Shown: positions 30,024 to 39,369 of the stretch, piece by piece
Position numbering within the stretch: position 1 is the first letter of the stretch
Layout: the number at the start of each line of letters is the position of its first letter
Source of the DNA: an uncultured Flavobacterium sp.
GTDB lineage: Bacteria > Bacteroidota > Bacteroidia > Flavobacteriales > Flavobacteriaceae
Assembly: GCA_964409345.1 (NCBI GenBank)
Contig: CAYPCZ010000001.1
Coordinates: 92,346-156,345, forward strand
Direction: 5' to 3'
Length of the DNA stretch: 64,000 nucleotides
Notes under the pieces: generated by a model
Databases searched by the model: none
What the model saw: the letters and a program-made list of their open reading frames with translations, nothing else
Told to the model about the DNA's origin: nothing
Position numbers and translations under genes: made by a program

Positions 30024-30842
30024 ATGGAAGATAGCAACGTCGATGTAAAAATCATTTGTGATTCTATCAATACACATACTGGAAAAAGAATAACTACATT
30101 TCAAATTTCTATTTGGAAATTATTACTTGCTGAATTGAATACTCATAGAGTTTTTTCTCGTAATGCAGCAAGTTCAAGAGCAGTTCCTTCTAAGAAGATG
30201 AGATCAAGAGTTTTAAATGATCCATTTATGCCTGTATATTGGGGGAAAAATCAATCTGGTATGTCTGCATCTTCTGAACTTAACAAATGGAGGTTATTCT
30301 TTTCTAAATTAATATGGAGATTAACTGCCAAATTAGTTGCATTTAGTCATTTTTTATTGGAGAAATTAGGACTACATAAGCAAATTTGCAATAGAATTAT
30401 AGAACCTTGGTTAAGTGCTAATGTTGTTATTACAGCAACCGAATTTGATAATTTCTTTAAATTAAGGGATCATACAGCAGCACAACCAGAATTTCAACAT
30501 ATAGCTAGTAAAATGAAATATCTTTATGATCTTGGAATACCACGTCCACTTTCTTATAATGAATGGCATATACCTTATATTCAAACTAACGAGTCTAATC
30601 TTCCTCTTGATATTAAGTTAAGAATAAGTACTGCAAGATGTGCTAGAGTTTCTTATTATTATCATGATGGTAAAGTTTCTAACATAGAAGATGATCTTAA
30701 ATTGTTTGATCGTTTAGTTGGTGGAGAAATAAAACATTCATCACCATCAGAACATCAAGCTTGTGTCTCAAAAGAAGATATATGTTCTGGAAATTTTAAG
30801 GGTGGCTGGATTCAACATAGAGCTTTTATTGAGAACAACTAA
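30024..30842 (+). CDS. thyX: flavin-dependent thymidylate synthase ThyX-like
   Basis: ThyX signature (R)HRxxSxxxxSxR present as THRVFSRNAASSR; second conserved block SPSEHQ near C-terminus. Confidence 0.7.
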   Translation: MEDSNVDVKIICDSINTHTGKRITTFQISIWKLLLAELNTHRVFSRNAASSRAVPSKKMRSRVLNDPFMPVYWGKNQSGMSASSELNKWRLFFSKLIWRLTAKLVAFSHFLLEKLGLHKQICNRIIEPWLSANVVITATEFDNFFKLRDHTAAQPEFQHIASKMKYLYDLGIPRPLSYNEWHIPYIQTNESNLPLDIKLRISTARCARVSYYYHDGKVSNIEDDLKLFDRLVGGEIKHSSPSEHQACVSKEDICSGNFKGGWIQHRAFIENN

Positions 30843-30852
30843 CGAGGTTATA

Positions 30853-31665
30853 ATGAAAGTATTTATTCCAGCAAGACACGGACTTGGAGATGTAATAGAT
30901 GGATACTTTATAAATAAAAATAATAATTTGTTACTGTCCAAGGTATGCAAAGCATATTCCCTTGGTCTTGTTTCAGAAATAATTGTATGTTATGAGCATT
31001 TTATGAACCCTTCCATAGGAGAATTATTTTCACGTTTTACAGTACCAATAATACCAAAGCCTACTTCTTTATTAAGTAGGTGGACAAAAGAAGCAGATCA
31101 TAATAATAACTTTCCTGATATTATGGATGGGTATATAAATCTTCTAACTAATACACCAAATAGTATAAAAGAAATAAAAGCAGATTATTTAAAGATACCT
31201 ACAGATAGACCAAATATTAACTTTGAAGAAAAGTGGATATTACTTAATGCCTATGCTGGAGAATCAGAAAGGTTTTTAAAAGATTTTAAAATTATAGAGT
31301 CTATTAAAAATAAGTATCACTTTCCTATTGTGTCAGTGGGTAAAATCTTACCTAGAACTAATAACTTTCAAACTTCACTGAAAGGTGATATTGCATTAGA
31401 AGATAAATTATCTATAACTGAAGTTTTGTGGTTGATGGAACATTCAAAATTTATTGTATCATCTTTAAGTTATATGAGATGTGCAGCTACACTTTTTAAT
31501 AAAGTTGTTATTGAGTTAGTAGAAAATCCAAGTTTAAATATAATTAATCGTACATCTCAAGAATATGAATCAAAAAGATATGGAATAAATGAAAATTCGC
31601 AGTGGTTTCAACTTCCAAAAGAGTATGACAATTTTATATTTGCCATAGAAAGAGCTGTACAATGA
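30853..31665 (+). CDS. hypothetical protein, possibly GT9 (heptosyltransferase)-like
   Basis: Start moved to ATG 30853 (GAGG RBS); MKVFIPARHGLGDVI resembles the GT9 N-terminal motif (weak). Confidence 0.4.
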   Translation: MKVFIPARHGLGDVIDGYFINKNNNLLLSKVCKAYSLGLVSEIIVCYEHFMNPSIGELFSRFTVPIIPKPTSLLSRWTKEADHNNNFPDIMDGYINLLTNTPNSIKEIKADYLKIPTDRPNINFEEKWILLNAYAGESERFLKDFKIIESIKNKYHFPIVSVGKILPRTNNFQTSLKGDIALEDKLSITEVLWLMEHSKFIVSSLSYMRCAATLFNKVVIELVENPSLNIINRTSQEYESKRYGINENSQWFQLPKEYDNFIFAIERAVQ

Positions 31666-32297
31666 TAGTAGATTTAGATGAATTAGCCAAGACAGGAAAA
31701 GTGAAAAATGCAAACGGATTATTAGCTCATCGTCATGTTACAATAAAGAAATGTTTAGAATTATTTCAAGATGTACGTCCAAAGATTATGGTTGAAACTG
31801 GATGTCAGCATAATAATCTTCTTCATGCACATGGGTTATCTACATCTATATTTGGAGCAGTGGCTAAAAAGTATGATGCTCTTTTATATACAATAGATTT
31901 AAATGAAGATCATATTCTGGAATGTATGAAGTTAACTGATGAATACAAAGATTATATAGATTATCAAATTATAGATTCGTTATTATTTTTTAATTCTTAT
32001 GATTATGATTTTTACAAACCTATAGATTTTCTCTATTTAGATTCTTGCGATTTTACAGAAGGAAATGAAGAAGAATCAAGACTACATCAGTTAAATGAAA
32101 TAAAATCTGCATTACATTTAATGAATGATAAAAGTATTATTTTACTTGATGATGCGAATGTTAGTATGTGGTTTGATCGTAAATTAAGTGACAAAGATAT
32201 AGAAGGAAAAACATATTATGCTCATAGATTTTTATTAGAATCTGGAGCAAAATGTTTAATAGATTCATATCAACGACTTTATCTCTTGGAGAAGTGA
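31662..32297 (+). CDS. putative class I SAM-dependent methyltransferase-like protein
   Basis: VETGCQHNN...ST (motif I-like), ILLDDANV (post-I/II-like); weak. Confidence 0.4.
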   Translation: MIVDLDELAKTGKVKNANGLLAHRHVTIKKCLELFQDVRPKIMVETGCQHNNLLHAHGLSTSIFGAVAKKYDALLYTIDLNEDHILECMKLTDEYKDYIDYQIIDSLLFFNSYDYDFYKPIDFLYLDSCDFTEGNEEESRLHQLNEIKSALHLMNDKSIILLDDANVSMWFDRKLSDKDIEGKTYYAHRFLLESGAKCLIDSYQRLYLLEK

Positions 32298-32384
32298 TGG
32301 CAAAATATAAATTTAAATATGAAAAGGAACATTCGTAATTTATATGAATAAAGAATTTGAATCTATATTTGAAAAGGTTTTGTA

Positions 32385-32921
32385 ATGTCAGAAACATTAA
32401 AAGCACACTCACGTAGATTAGAAGATAATTTCTATTCTTATGTTAAAGAGCCAATTTTAGATATTGGATATGCAGGAACAGGTGGTGAGACATTTCCTAA
32501 CTATAATGTTGTAGGATTAGATTTAGATACTCCTGGATATGATGGAAAAGTTCTTCCATATCCAGATGAATCTTTTTTAACTGTTTATTCATCTCATTTA
32601 CTTGAACATGTTGATTATGATATATTACATATTAAAGAACATTTTAGGTGTACAAAAGTAGGGGGTCATTTAATTATTTATATTCCCCATCAGTGGCTTT
32701 ATGAGAAAAAAACTAATTTACCTTCTAATTTTAATCTAGATCATAAAAGATTTTATACACCTGCAACTTTATTATATTCAATAGAGAAAGCACTTGTTGA
32801 TAACACTTATCGCATAAGAAGACTACAAGATTGTGATAAAGATTTTGATTATAATTTATCTCCTCAAGAGCATTCAGTTGGAGAGTATTCTATAGAATGT
32901 GTAATAGAAAGATTGTTATAA
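32385..32921 (+). CDS. SAM-dependent methyltransferase (Methyltransf_11-like)
   Basis: ILDIGYAGTGG motif I; PYPDESFLTVYSSHLLEHV; GGHLIIYIP. Confidence 0.6.
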   Translation: MSETLKAHSRRLEDNFYSYVKEPILDIGYAGTGGETFPNYNVVGLDLDTPGYDGKVLPYPDESFLTVYSSHLLEHVDYDILHIKEHFRCTKVGGHLIIYIPHQWLYEKKTNLPSNFNLDHKRFYTPATLLYSIEKALVDNTYRIRRLQDCDKDFDYNLSPQEHSVGEYSIECVIERLL

Positions 32922-32922
32922 C

Positions 32923-33585
32923 ATGGGCTTAGATTCAAAAGTAAAAGTTATTAAATATCCATATTTAGATAAGTTTATTTATGCAAGAAGATATACTACA
33001 GATCTTCAAATATTTGATCAAGTTGTAAATCAAAATAAATATAAGGTTCCAAACTCTATTGATTCTAATGTTGTAATTGTAGATATTGGAAGTCACATAG
33101 GTTCTTTTTCTTTTTTATGTTTATGTAATGGATCAAAGTTTGTTTACAGTTATGAATCTGATTTTCAAACTTATAAGATATGTAAATTTAATTTAGAAAA
33201 GATGGGCGGGAATGTTGAAAATACCCATGTATGGCGCTCTGATAATTTATTTAAAGATTTTAATCAAATAATGATAAAATCTTTAGATGAAATAATAGAT
33301 GAAGTTTCTTTGGATGGTAAAAGAAAAATTGATGTTTTAAAAATAAGTATCGAAGGTTTTGAATATCCAGTGTTGTTAAGTTCTAAAAAATTAGAGATGG
33401 TTAATTTTTTATGTGGAAAGTATTTTGAAATTGAAGAAAATTATCTAGATAATATTAAAGTAAATGGATATAATTTTCCTTATAATAAATTTACATTAAA
33501 GCAATGCTTAGATAGTAATGGTTTTAGAAAAACAACGATTATACCTACGTCTAAAAATTCTGGATTATTCTTTGCAGAAAAATAA
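32923..33585 (+). CDS. FkbM-family methyltransferase
   Basis: VVIVDIGSHIGSFS motif I; IDVLKISIEGFEYPVL typical of the FkbM family. Confidence 0.6.
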   Translation: MGLDSKVKVIKYPYLDKFIYARRYTTDLQIFDQVVNQNKYKVPNSIDSNVVIVDIGSHIGSFSFLCLCNGSKFVYSYESDFQTYKICKFNLEKMGGNVENTHVWRSDNLFKDFNQIMIKSLDEIIDEVSLDGKRKIDVLKISIEGFEYPVLLSSKKLEMVNFLCGKYFEIEENYLDNIKVNGYNFPYNKFTLKQCLDSNGFRKTTIIPTSKNSGLFFAEK

Positions 33586-33610
33586 TATAAAAGATTTGAA
33601 GGATTTGTTA

Positions 33611-35002
33611 ATGAAGAGAGAACTTTACCAAAAAACTAAATTGGGAAAGATTAGAAAGATAGAATTAAGTCTTGATGGTAATAAATTGACAACCAAATGG
33701 GGTTTTGTCGATAGTCTTCTTGATCCACAAGAGACTACAGACACTATTAAAGAAAGTTATTATCCTGGTCATGCAAGTTACCGTTCAGAAGAAGAACAGG
33801 CTAAAATAGAATTTCATAGAAAATATGATAGATTGATAAGAGAAGGAAATAAACCGACTTTAGAAGAGGCGCAAAGATCTGATCCGAACATAGATTTAAT
33901 TCTTCATCCTCTTACTTCATCTTTTAGACCATCAAAGCCTATTAGTAAAAAACCATGCTTAGATAGTAATGATCCAATAAAGTGCAATATACCAAATAGA
34001 GCTATACAAAAATTAATTGACAATGGAAGATTAATTTGTCAAAAGAAGTATAATGGTATCCGCGCATTACTTGTTAAAGCTGAAGGAGAATTTTATCTCT
34101 ATATGGCATCAAGTAATAAATTAGGATGTAAAAATTTCCCTTGGGTTATAGATTATTTTAACAACTATGCTAAAGATTATATTCCAGATGACACAATGAT
34201 TGATATGGAAGTTATAGCAGGTGATGGTTCTCATATTAAAGAATTTGAAATTTTAAAAAGTATGAAACCAAATACACTTCCTGCTACAGCAGAGCAGATT
34301 GCTGATAGATATTTAGAAAATAATCCAGAGTCTACATTGGGCGTTGGAATCTTTGATGTTGTTTTTTGGGGTGGTAGTAATGTTTTAAAATTGGCGTATT
34401 ATGAACGTCAGGAAATGGCTATGGACGTGGTTTCCCATGCCGAAAATAATAAAATGAATAATCCCCTATTATTTACCCTGAATGGCCGTAAAATTGATTC
34501 AAATAAGATTAAATCTGAATTTCCTTGGTCATCTAGTGACTTGAATGAGGGTATAAAAAAAGTTGATGTTCATGGATGGGAAGGCTTGGTTTTAAGAGAT
34601 AAATTAGCTATTTCAGAATATAGCATTTCAGCTAAATGGTTTAGACCAATAGGATGTTGGAAGTGGAAATCTTTAAAAACAGGAGATTTTATAGTTGTAG
34701 GAACAAGAGAGGGTACTGGTGCAAATTCGGGCATGGCATCATCTTTTGAACTTGCACAGTATGATAAACATCCAGATGATGGTGGAGTGTTAGTATCTTG
34801 TGGAGCTTGTGGAAGCGGAATCACAGATGATATGATAGAAGATGGATTAGAAAGTTATATAGGGCAAGTTGTTGAAGTTAAATTCTTTTCTCGATATAAA
34901 GATACAGCAAAAAATATACCCAGCCTTCAATTTCCACAATACTGTGGGGTGAGAGACGACAAGCTTCCATCTGACTGCGTAATGAGTGAGGATGAGGAAT
35001 GA
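33611..35002 (+). CDS. ATP-dependent DNA ligase with N-terminal extension
   Basis: Start moved to ATG 33611; motif I KKYNGIR (KxDG variant), motif III IDMEV, motif IV EGLVLRD, motif V WKWK; N-terminal ...TTKWGFVDS WGR-like segment. Confidence 0.7.
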   Translation: MKRELYQKTKLGKIRKIELSLDGNKLTTKWGFVDSLLDPQETTDTIKESYYPGHASYRSEEEQAKIEFHRKYDRLIREGNKPTLEEAQRSDPNIDLILHPLTSSFRPSKPISKKPCLDSNDPIKCNIPNRAIQKLIDNGRLICQKKYNGIRALLVKAEGEFYLYMASSNKLGCKNFPWVIDYFNNYAKDYIPDDTMIDMEVIAGDGSHIKEFEILKSMKPNTLPATAEQIADRYLENNPESTLGVGIFDVVFWGGSNVLKLAYYERQEMAMDVVSHAENNKMNNPLLFTLNGRKIDSNKIKSEFPWSSSDLNEGIKKVDVHGWEGLVLRDKLAISEYSISAKWFRPIGCWKWKSLKTGDFIVVGTREGTGANSGMASSFELAQYDKHPDDGGVLVSCGACGSGITDDMIEDGLESYIGQVVEVKFFSRYKDTAKNIPSLQFPQYCGVRDDKLPSDCVMSEDEE

Positions 35003-35724
35003 ATGTAATTGTCAGTGGTCAAACAGTAATGATTGATGAAGAAGATATAAATATTTTTAATAGTTTTTCTTGGTCTATAACATCTAAGGGATATGTAAGA
35101 AGCACAATATCTTTTTCTAAGAAACAATTAAAAACTATATTTTTACATAGACTTATTATGAATATAGAAGATAGTAAATTACAAGTAGATCATATAAATC
35201 ACAATAAATTAGATAATAGAAAATCTAATCTTAGATTATGTACTAATCAAGAAAATCAAAGAAATACGAAAGCAAAAACAGGTGTAAGTGAATACAAAGG
35301 TGTTTATTTTGCTGAGAAAAAGTGGCGTTCTGAAATATATATTAATGGTAAAAAAGACAGATTGTTCTTAGGATGTTTTAATTTAGAAGAAGATGCTGCT
35401 TGTGCTTATGATATGGCAGCAATTCATTATTTTGGTGAATTTGCATATACTAACTTTGATAAAAACTCTTATTCTGATCAAGAAATAAAAGATTTTATTA
35501 CTAAAATTAATAGTCCTAAAATTTATGGTTCTAAGTATAGGGGTGTAACAATTAGTTTGAATAGAGATAAAAAGTACAGAGCTATTACTTATTATCGTGG
35601 TATAAAATATGATTGTGGTTCTTTTTATTCTGAAGAAGAAGCAGCAAGAGCATATGACAAGAAAGCTATTGAGTTATTAGGTGATAAGGCCAAACTAAAT
35701 TTTCCTAATGAGGTCTTAGTATAA
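34999..35724 (+). CDS. HNH endonuclease with two AP2 domains (free-standing homing endonuclease)
   Basis: VDHINHNKLDNRKSNLRLCTNQEN (HNH_3); two AP2 repeats YKGVYF...AACAYD and YRGVTI...AARAYD; start overlaps ligase stop (ATGA). Confidence 0.8.
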   Translation: MNVIVSGQTVMIDEEDINIFNSFSWSITSKGYVRSTISFSKKQLKTIFLHRLIMNIEDSKLQVDHINHNKLDNRKSNLRLCTNQENQRNTKAKTGVSEYKGVYFAEKKWRSEIYINGKKDRLFLGCFNLEEDAACAYDMAAIHYFGEFAYTNFDKNSYSDQEIKDFITKINSPKIYGSKYRGVTISLNRDKKYRAITYYRGIKYDCGSFYSEEEAARAYDKKAIELLGDKAKLNFPNEVLV

Positions 35725-36116
35725 TGCCAGAAATAACTCCACCTAAGTTTTATGAATTTTCTGAAATATTAATTGAAGATTCTGGATTGTTGCCAGAAAA
35801 AAGATTTCAAGAATATTCAGTAAAATTAAAGTTAGATGATATTATAAATTTATTTAAGATAACAGTAGAGCAATCTTTAGCATACGAAGCACCTACTTTA
35901 ATTTTAGGTAATAAACCTTTTAGTGATAAGATAAATGCTGAGCGAATTAGAATTGATGATCGTTTAGAAAGATTGTGTGATATAATGGAAAAAGCAGGAA
36001 TACAACCAGATGTATTCCTGCAATTCCTTTATCTTGAACGAAATAAAATGTTAGATGAAATGACAGAGATTAATGAAACTTTAAGAGAGATGGATATACA
36101 AACAAACGGACTTTAA
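35724..36116 (+). CDS. hypothetical protein
   Basis: 130-aa ORF; last gene of the plus arm; stop overlaps the stop of the convergent macro-domain gene. Confidence 0.5.
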   Translation: MPEITPPKFYEFSEILIEDSGLLPEKRFQEYSVKLKLDDIINLFKITVEQSLAYEAPTLILGNKPFSDKINAERIRIDDRLERLCDIMEKAGIQPDVFLQFLYLERNKMLDEMTEINETLREMDIQTNGL

Positions 36117-36556
36117 AGATCAAATATTGTAAATCTATCATCTAATATTTTCTCACATATAGGTTTGACTACTTGATTCCAATTTAAGCCTCCAAGACCA
36201 CAACCAACTCTTGGCAGGCTTATTTCTTTAAATTCATATTTGTTAGCAAGTATGACTAATTCATTTAGGTTTGATTTAATTAGTTTTAAGTCTGATTTCT
36301 GTCTCCAATCTCTTTTTGTTGGAAAGGAAATAATTTTTGTTTTATCATGACAAAATAAAATCGTTGTTAAATCGCCGCCTTTTTTAACTGCTTTACCAAG
36401 TTTGATTTCAAAATCAGGCCAAATTTTTTGAGCAGCTTTTGCTAAACCTGCACCTGCAATCCCATTGCCATCTTTTCTTAAGGTTATATTTGTAGGTATA
36501 ATTATAGCATCTGCTTTATTTAAAGAAATAAAGATATTTCCACGACGTTCTTTCAT
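36113..36556 (-). CDS. macro domain protein (ADP-ribose binding/hydrolase fold)
   Basis: GNIF...ADAIIIPTN...GNGIAGAGLAKAA...ISLPRVGCGLGGL pattern typical of macro domains. Confidence 0.65.
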   Translation of the reverse strand: MKERRGNIFISLNKADAIIIPTNITLRKDGNGIAGAGLAKAAQKIWPDFEIKLGKAVKKGGDLTTILFCHDKTKIISFPTKRDWRQKSDLKLIKSNLNELVILANKYEFKEISLPRVGCGLGGLNWNQVVKPICEKILDDRFTIFDL

Positions 36557-37365
36557 AATACTTCCATATTCTCTAATGATTTTCTGAATTCTTTTTCTGC
36601 TTTCTTTGAATCTTTTTCTAATTTCATAAATTTTAAATTTATATTTTCTTTATCACTAAGATACTTAAATAGTGTTGGTATATTGTGTGGTCTTAATAAG
36701 TCAGAACCAATCACATCTTTTGTTAAAGAAAAAGCAATTTTGAATTGTATATCTTGAATATATTTATCAATAGGAAATGATGTATTTATTTTTGGTGCAT
36801 CAGATACTTTATATGTTTTGTATCCATTATCTAAAATTGTATTTTTTAACTTTATCATCCCCCAACCATCAGGACTCTTAATATCTTTTAAATCTTTTTC
36901 AAAACCTATAATCCAATTATAATTAGAAACACTATAAGTATTGATCATGTGCCAATACAAAGTTTGATTTTTATAATTTTCTATTTTTGATATATTTTCA
37001 ACAAGATTGATCCAAATTTTGTCTTCTTTAAAATTTATTTCTCTATTTTCTAATCTATATATTTTGGTTATTTTGGTTATTTTGTTGAATAGTTCTTTTT
37101 CTTCTTCTTCTAAATCATTAACATTTCTTGATTTTTTATAAAAATCATTACGGTTGTTTACTATATCAAAAATAGCTATTGATTTATTTTCTGTTTTTAT
37201 TCCAACTACAGATATATTATTATAAGGAGATATATTAATCCCAAACCCTATACATCTGTATCCAAGATTCCATAAATATCTGCCAGCATATATTTCTAAG
37301 ATATATTTTTTAGCATCTTCTATGTTTGATTTAATTTTAAAAGTTTTTCTTTTCTTCGGCGGCAT
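36553..37365 (-). CDS. hypothetical protein
   Basis: 270-aa ORF coupled to the macro-domain gene (4-nt overlap). Confidence 0.5.
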   Translation of the reverse strand: MPPKKRKTFKIKSNIEDAKKYILEIYAGRYLWNLGYRCIGFGINISPYNNISVVGIKTENKSIAIFDIVNNRNDFYKKSRNVNDLEEEEKELFNKITKITKIYRLENREINFKEDKIWINLVENISKIENYKNQTLYWHMINTYSVSNYNWIIGFEKDLKDIKSPDGWGMIKLKNTILDNGYKTYKVSDAPKINTSFPIDKYIQDIQFKIAFSLTKDVIGSDLLRPHNIPTLFKYLSDKENINLKFMKLEKDSKKAEKEFRKSLENMEVL

Positions 37366-37579
37366 CTCTAATATACTTATTGTGTTGTAGTATTTCTATT
37401 TCAGTTTCTCTTTTACATTTTGTACAAACTATCTTGAATTTATTTCCGTCTTTGGATTTTACATCCCAACTATATGCTGAGCAACCTTCTTTGGAAAATT
37501 CTCCACACCTAACTGCATTATCAAAAAGAATTTTATAAGTAGTGCGACCAATCATTTTTATTTCTTTGGTTTTTTTCAT
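37337..37579 (-). CDS. hypothetical small protein (Cys pairs)
   Basis: 80 aa; CGEFSKEGC ... CTKC. Confidence 0.45.
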   Translation of the reverse strand: MKKTKEIKMIGRTTYKILFDNAVRCGEFSKEGCSAYSWDVKSKDGNKFKIVCTKCKRETEIEILQHNKYIRDAAEEKKNF

Positions 37580-37992
37580 AATAATCTTTCATATAGTTCT
37601 AAAAATTCTTTATGATTACATGTATGTGCTGGAGTATTTAGCATTTGAGATAAATTATCTAAATTTACATTAACATAAAATACAGTATTTTCTATAATAG
37701 AGACTACACATACCTTTGATTTAGGATCAGACTTTAAATAAAAGATATGTTTTTTATTATCTATATTTGTGTTTATGTCATAAAGTTTGTTGATAGCATA
37801 AGATAGCGATTCAATTATTAGGTTTCTAAATTCATGTTCTGATTTTATTTTTTTTTCAAAGTCTTTTTGATACTCTGTAAATACATCATATATAATAGAA
37901 AAGGTTCTATCTTTTGATATGATGTTTATTGCTTCTTCTATATTCTTTTTTGAAGTTTCTAAATTTGATTTTATGTTTTCAGTTCTTGTCAT
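37576..37992 (-). CDS. hypothetical protein
   Basis: 138-aa ORF. Confidence 0.5.
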   Translation of the reverse strand: MTRTENIKSNLETSKKNIEEAINIISKDRTFSIIYDVFTEYQKDFEKKIKSEHEFRNLIIESLSYAINKLYDINTNIDNKKHIFYLKSDPKSKVCVVSIIENTVFYVNVNLDNLSQMLNTPAHTCNHKEFLELYERLL

Positions 37993-37994
37993 TA

Positions 37995-39041
37995 TTATTT
38001 AACCTTTAAGCAGTTTACAATAGCTTTAAAATACAAAGAACAGAATTGATTTTCTGGTTTGGCAGTAAATATATCTTTACTGAATATCTCTAAGATAATG
38101 TGCAATCTTTTAAATTCTTGAATTTGATACTTGATATTTTTTTCTGAACCATCTTTTTTATACTTATACGCTTGATCAAGTAAACGATTTCTACAATATC
38201 CTGCCAGACCCATTCCTAACTGTTGTGGTTGATTTTTTTCTAATGCTTCTTTTATTTTTGGGGAAATTGTTTCCCATATATTTAGGGGGTCAGGTTCAGT
38301 GTTTTTAATGTGCATAGAAGGCCACAGAAGTATGCTTGTTAATGCAAAGTAATTACTATTTTCGTCTATGTCAGCTTCTATTATAGTATTAACAACAGTA
38401 GAAGTTATTTCACCTATTCCCACTAAACTTTCTAAGTTATTAATTGCTTTTCTTACGTTGGGACTTTTCTTAACAATTGATGTTATTGCATCATCTGAAA
38501 TTGTGATATTTTTTTTCTTAGATATTTCTTTTAAACGATTAAAAATATCTTTATCTTCTGGTCTCTCAACTCTGTATTGTGTACACCTTCCAAGAATAGC
38601 TTTATCTAATTTTTCGGGTGAATCAGTGCAAAGAATAAATCTTGTTCTTGGAGGGACACGTTCAATTAGTTTTAAAAGTCCATCTTGAGCTTGTCGTGAC
38701 AGATTGTGCACTTCATCAAGTATAATTGTTTTTGTTCCACCCATAGGGCTTAAGTGGTATGTTTCTTCTAATTCTCTTACCACATCAATTCCAGTTTTTG
38801 TAGAACAGTTAATTTCTGTTATATCAATAGAAGGTTCACTTGTGGTCATTTTGGCAACAATAAGTGCCAATGTTGTCTTACCACATCCAGTAGTTCCATT
38901 TAAAAGAAGTGCTCTTTCAAGGTTTCCTTCTTTTAATTTATTTTCTATTATTGTAGAGATTGATTTATTTTTACTGCCTATAATTTCATCAAATGCTTTT
39001 GGTCTAAAAGATTCAATATATGGTTGTGCTAAAGTTGTCAT
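37995..39041 (-). CDS. AAA+ clamp loader subunit (DnaX/gp44-like)
   Basis: Walker A GTTGCGKTT, Walker B IILDEVHNLS, sensor/SRC-like GRCTQY, RFILCT. Confidence 0.8.
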   Translation of the reverse strand: MTTLAQPYIESFRPKAFDEIIGSKNKSISTIIENKLKEGNLERALLLNGTTGCGKTTLALIVAKMTTSEPSIDITEINCSTKTGIDVVRELEETYHLSPMGGTKTIILDEVHNLSRQAQDGLLKLIERVPPRTRFILCTDSPEKLDKAILGRCTQYRVERPEDKDIFNRLKEISKKKNITISDDAITSIVKKSPNVRKAINNLESLVGIGEITSTVVNTIIEADIDENSNYFALTSILLWPSMHIKNTEPDPLNIWETISPKIKEALEKNQPQQLGMGLAGYCRNRLLDQAYKYKKDGSEKNIKYQIQEFKRLHIILEIFSKDIFTAKPENQFCSLYFKAIVNCLKVK

Positions 39042-39052
39042 TAAGTAATTCC

Positions 39053-39355
39053 TTATTTATTTGTGTACTGTACATCAATGTCAATTCTTGAAAAAGGAGA
39101 ACCATTTATGTTATGTTTTTTAATAATTGTTTTAAGAAGATTTCTTATACTTGTTATGGTTGATCCTTGTTTTCCTAATATAAATCTTGTTTGATCATAA
39201 GCAAATACTTGAAGTATTAATCTAGTTTCAAGATTGACTACTTTATATTGTATTATATTTGGATTATCAACAAGTGTGCTAAAAATACTATGTAAGTCAT
39301 TTTTTATTTTATCAGCAAACAAGATTGATCTTTCACTATTTTCTACATTCTGCAT
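39053..39355 (-). CDS. KH-domain RNA-binding protein (KhpA-like)
   Basis: 100 aa; LVDNPNIIQYKV...LILQVFA...ILGKQGSTITSIRNLL collinear with small bacterial KH (GxxG) proteins. Confidence 0.55.
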   Translation of the reverse strand: MQNVENSERSILFADKIKNDLHSIFSTLVDNPNIIQYKVVNLETRLILQVFAYDQTRFILGKQGSTITSIRNLLKTIIKKHNINGSPFSRIDIDVQYTNK

Positions 39356-39369
39356 TCTACAAATACTCC

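Noticed and set aside
30763-30852. N-terminal extensions of track ORFs 30763..31665 and 33518..35002
   Set aside because: The extensions overlap the preceding genes by about 70-80 nt. Internal ATGs at 30853 (preceded by a GAGG RBS) and at 33611 lie just after the upstream stops.
38368-39048. Two plus-strand ORFs (106 and 114 aa) opposite the clamp loader
   Set aside because: They are antisense shadows. The clamp-loader frame carries unambiguous Walker A/B motifs.
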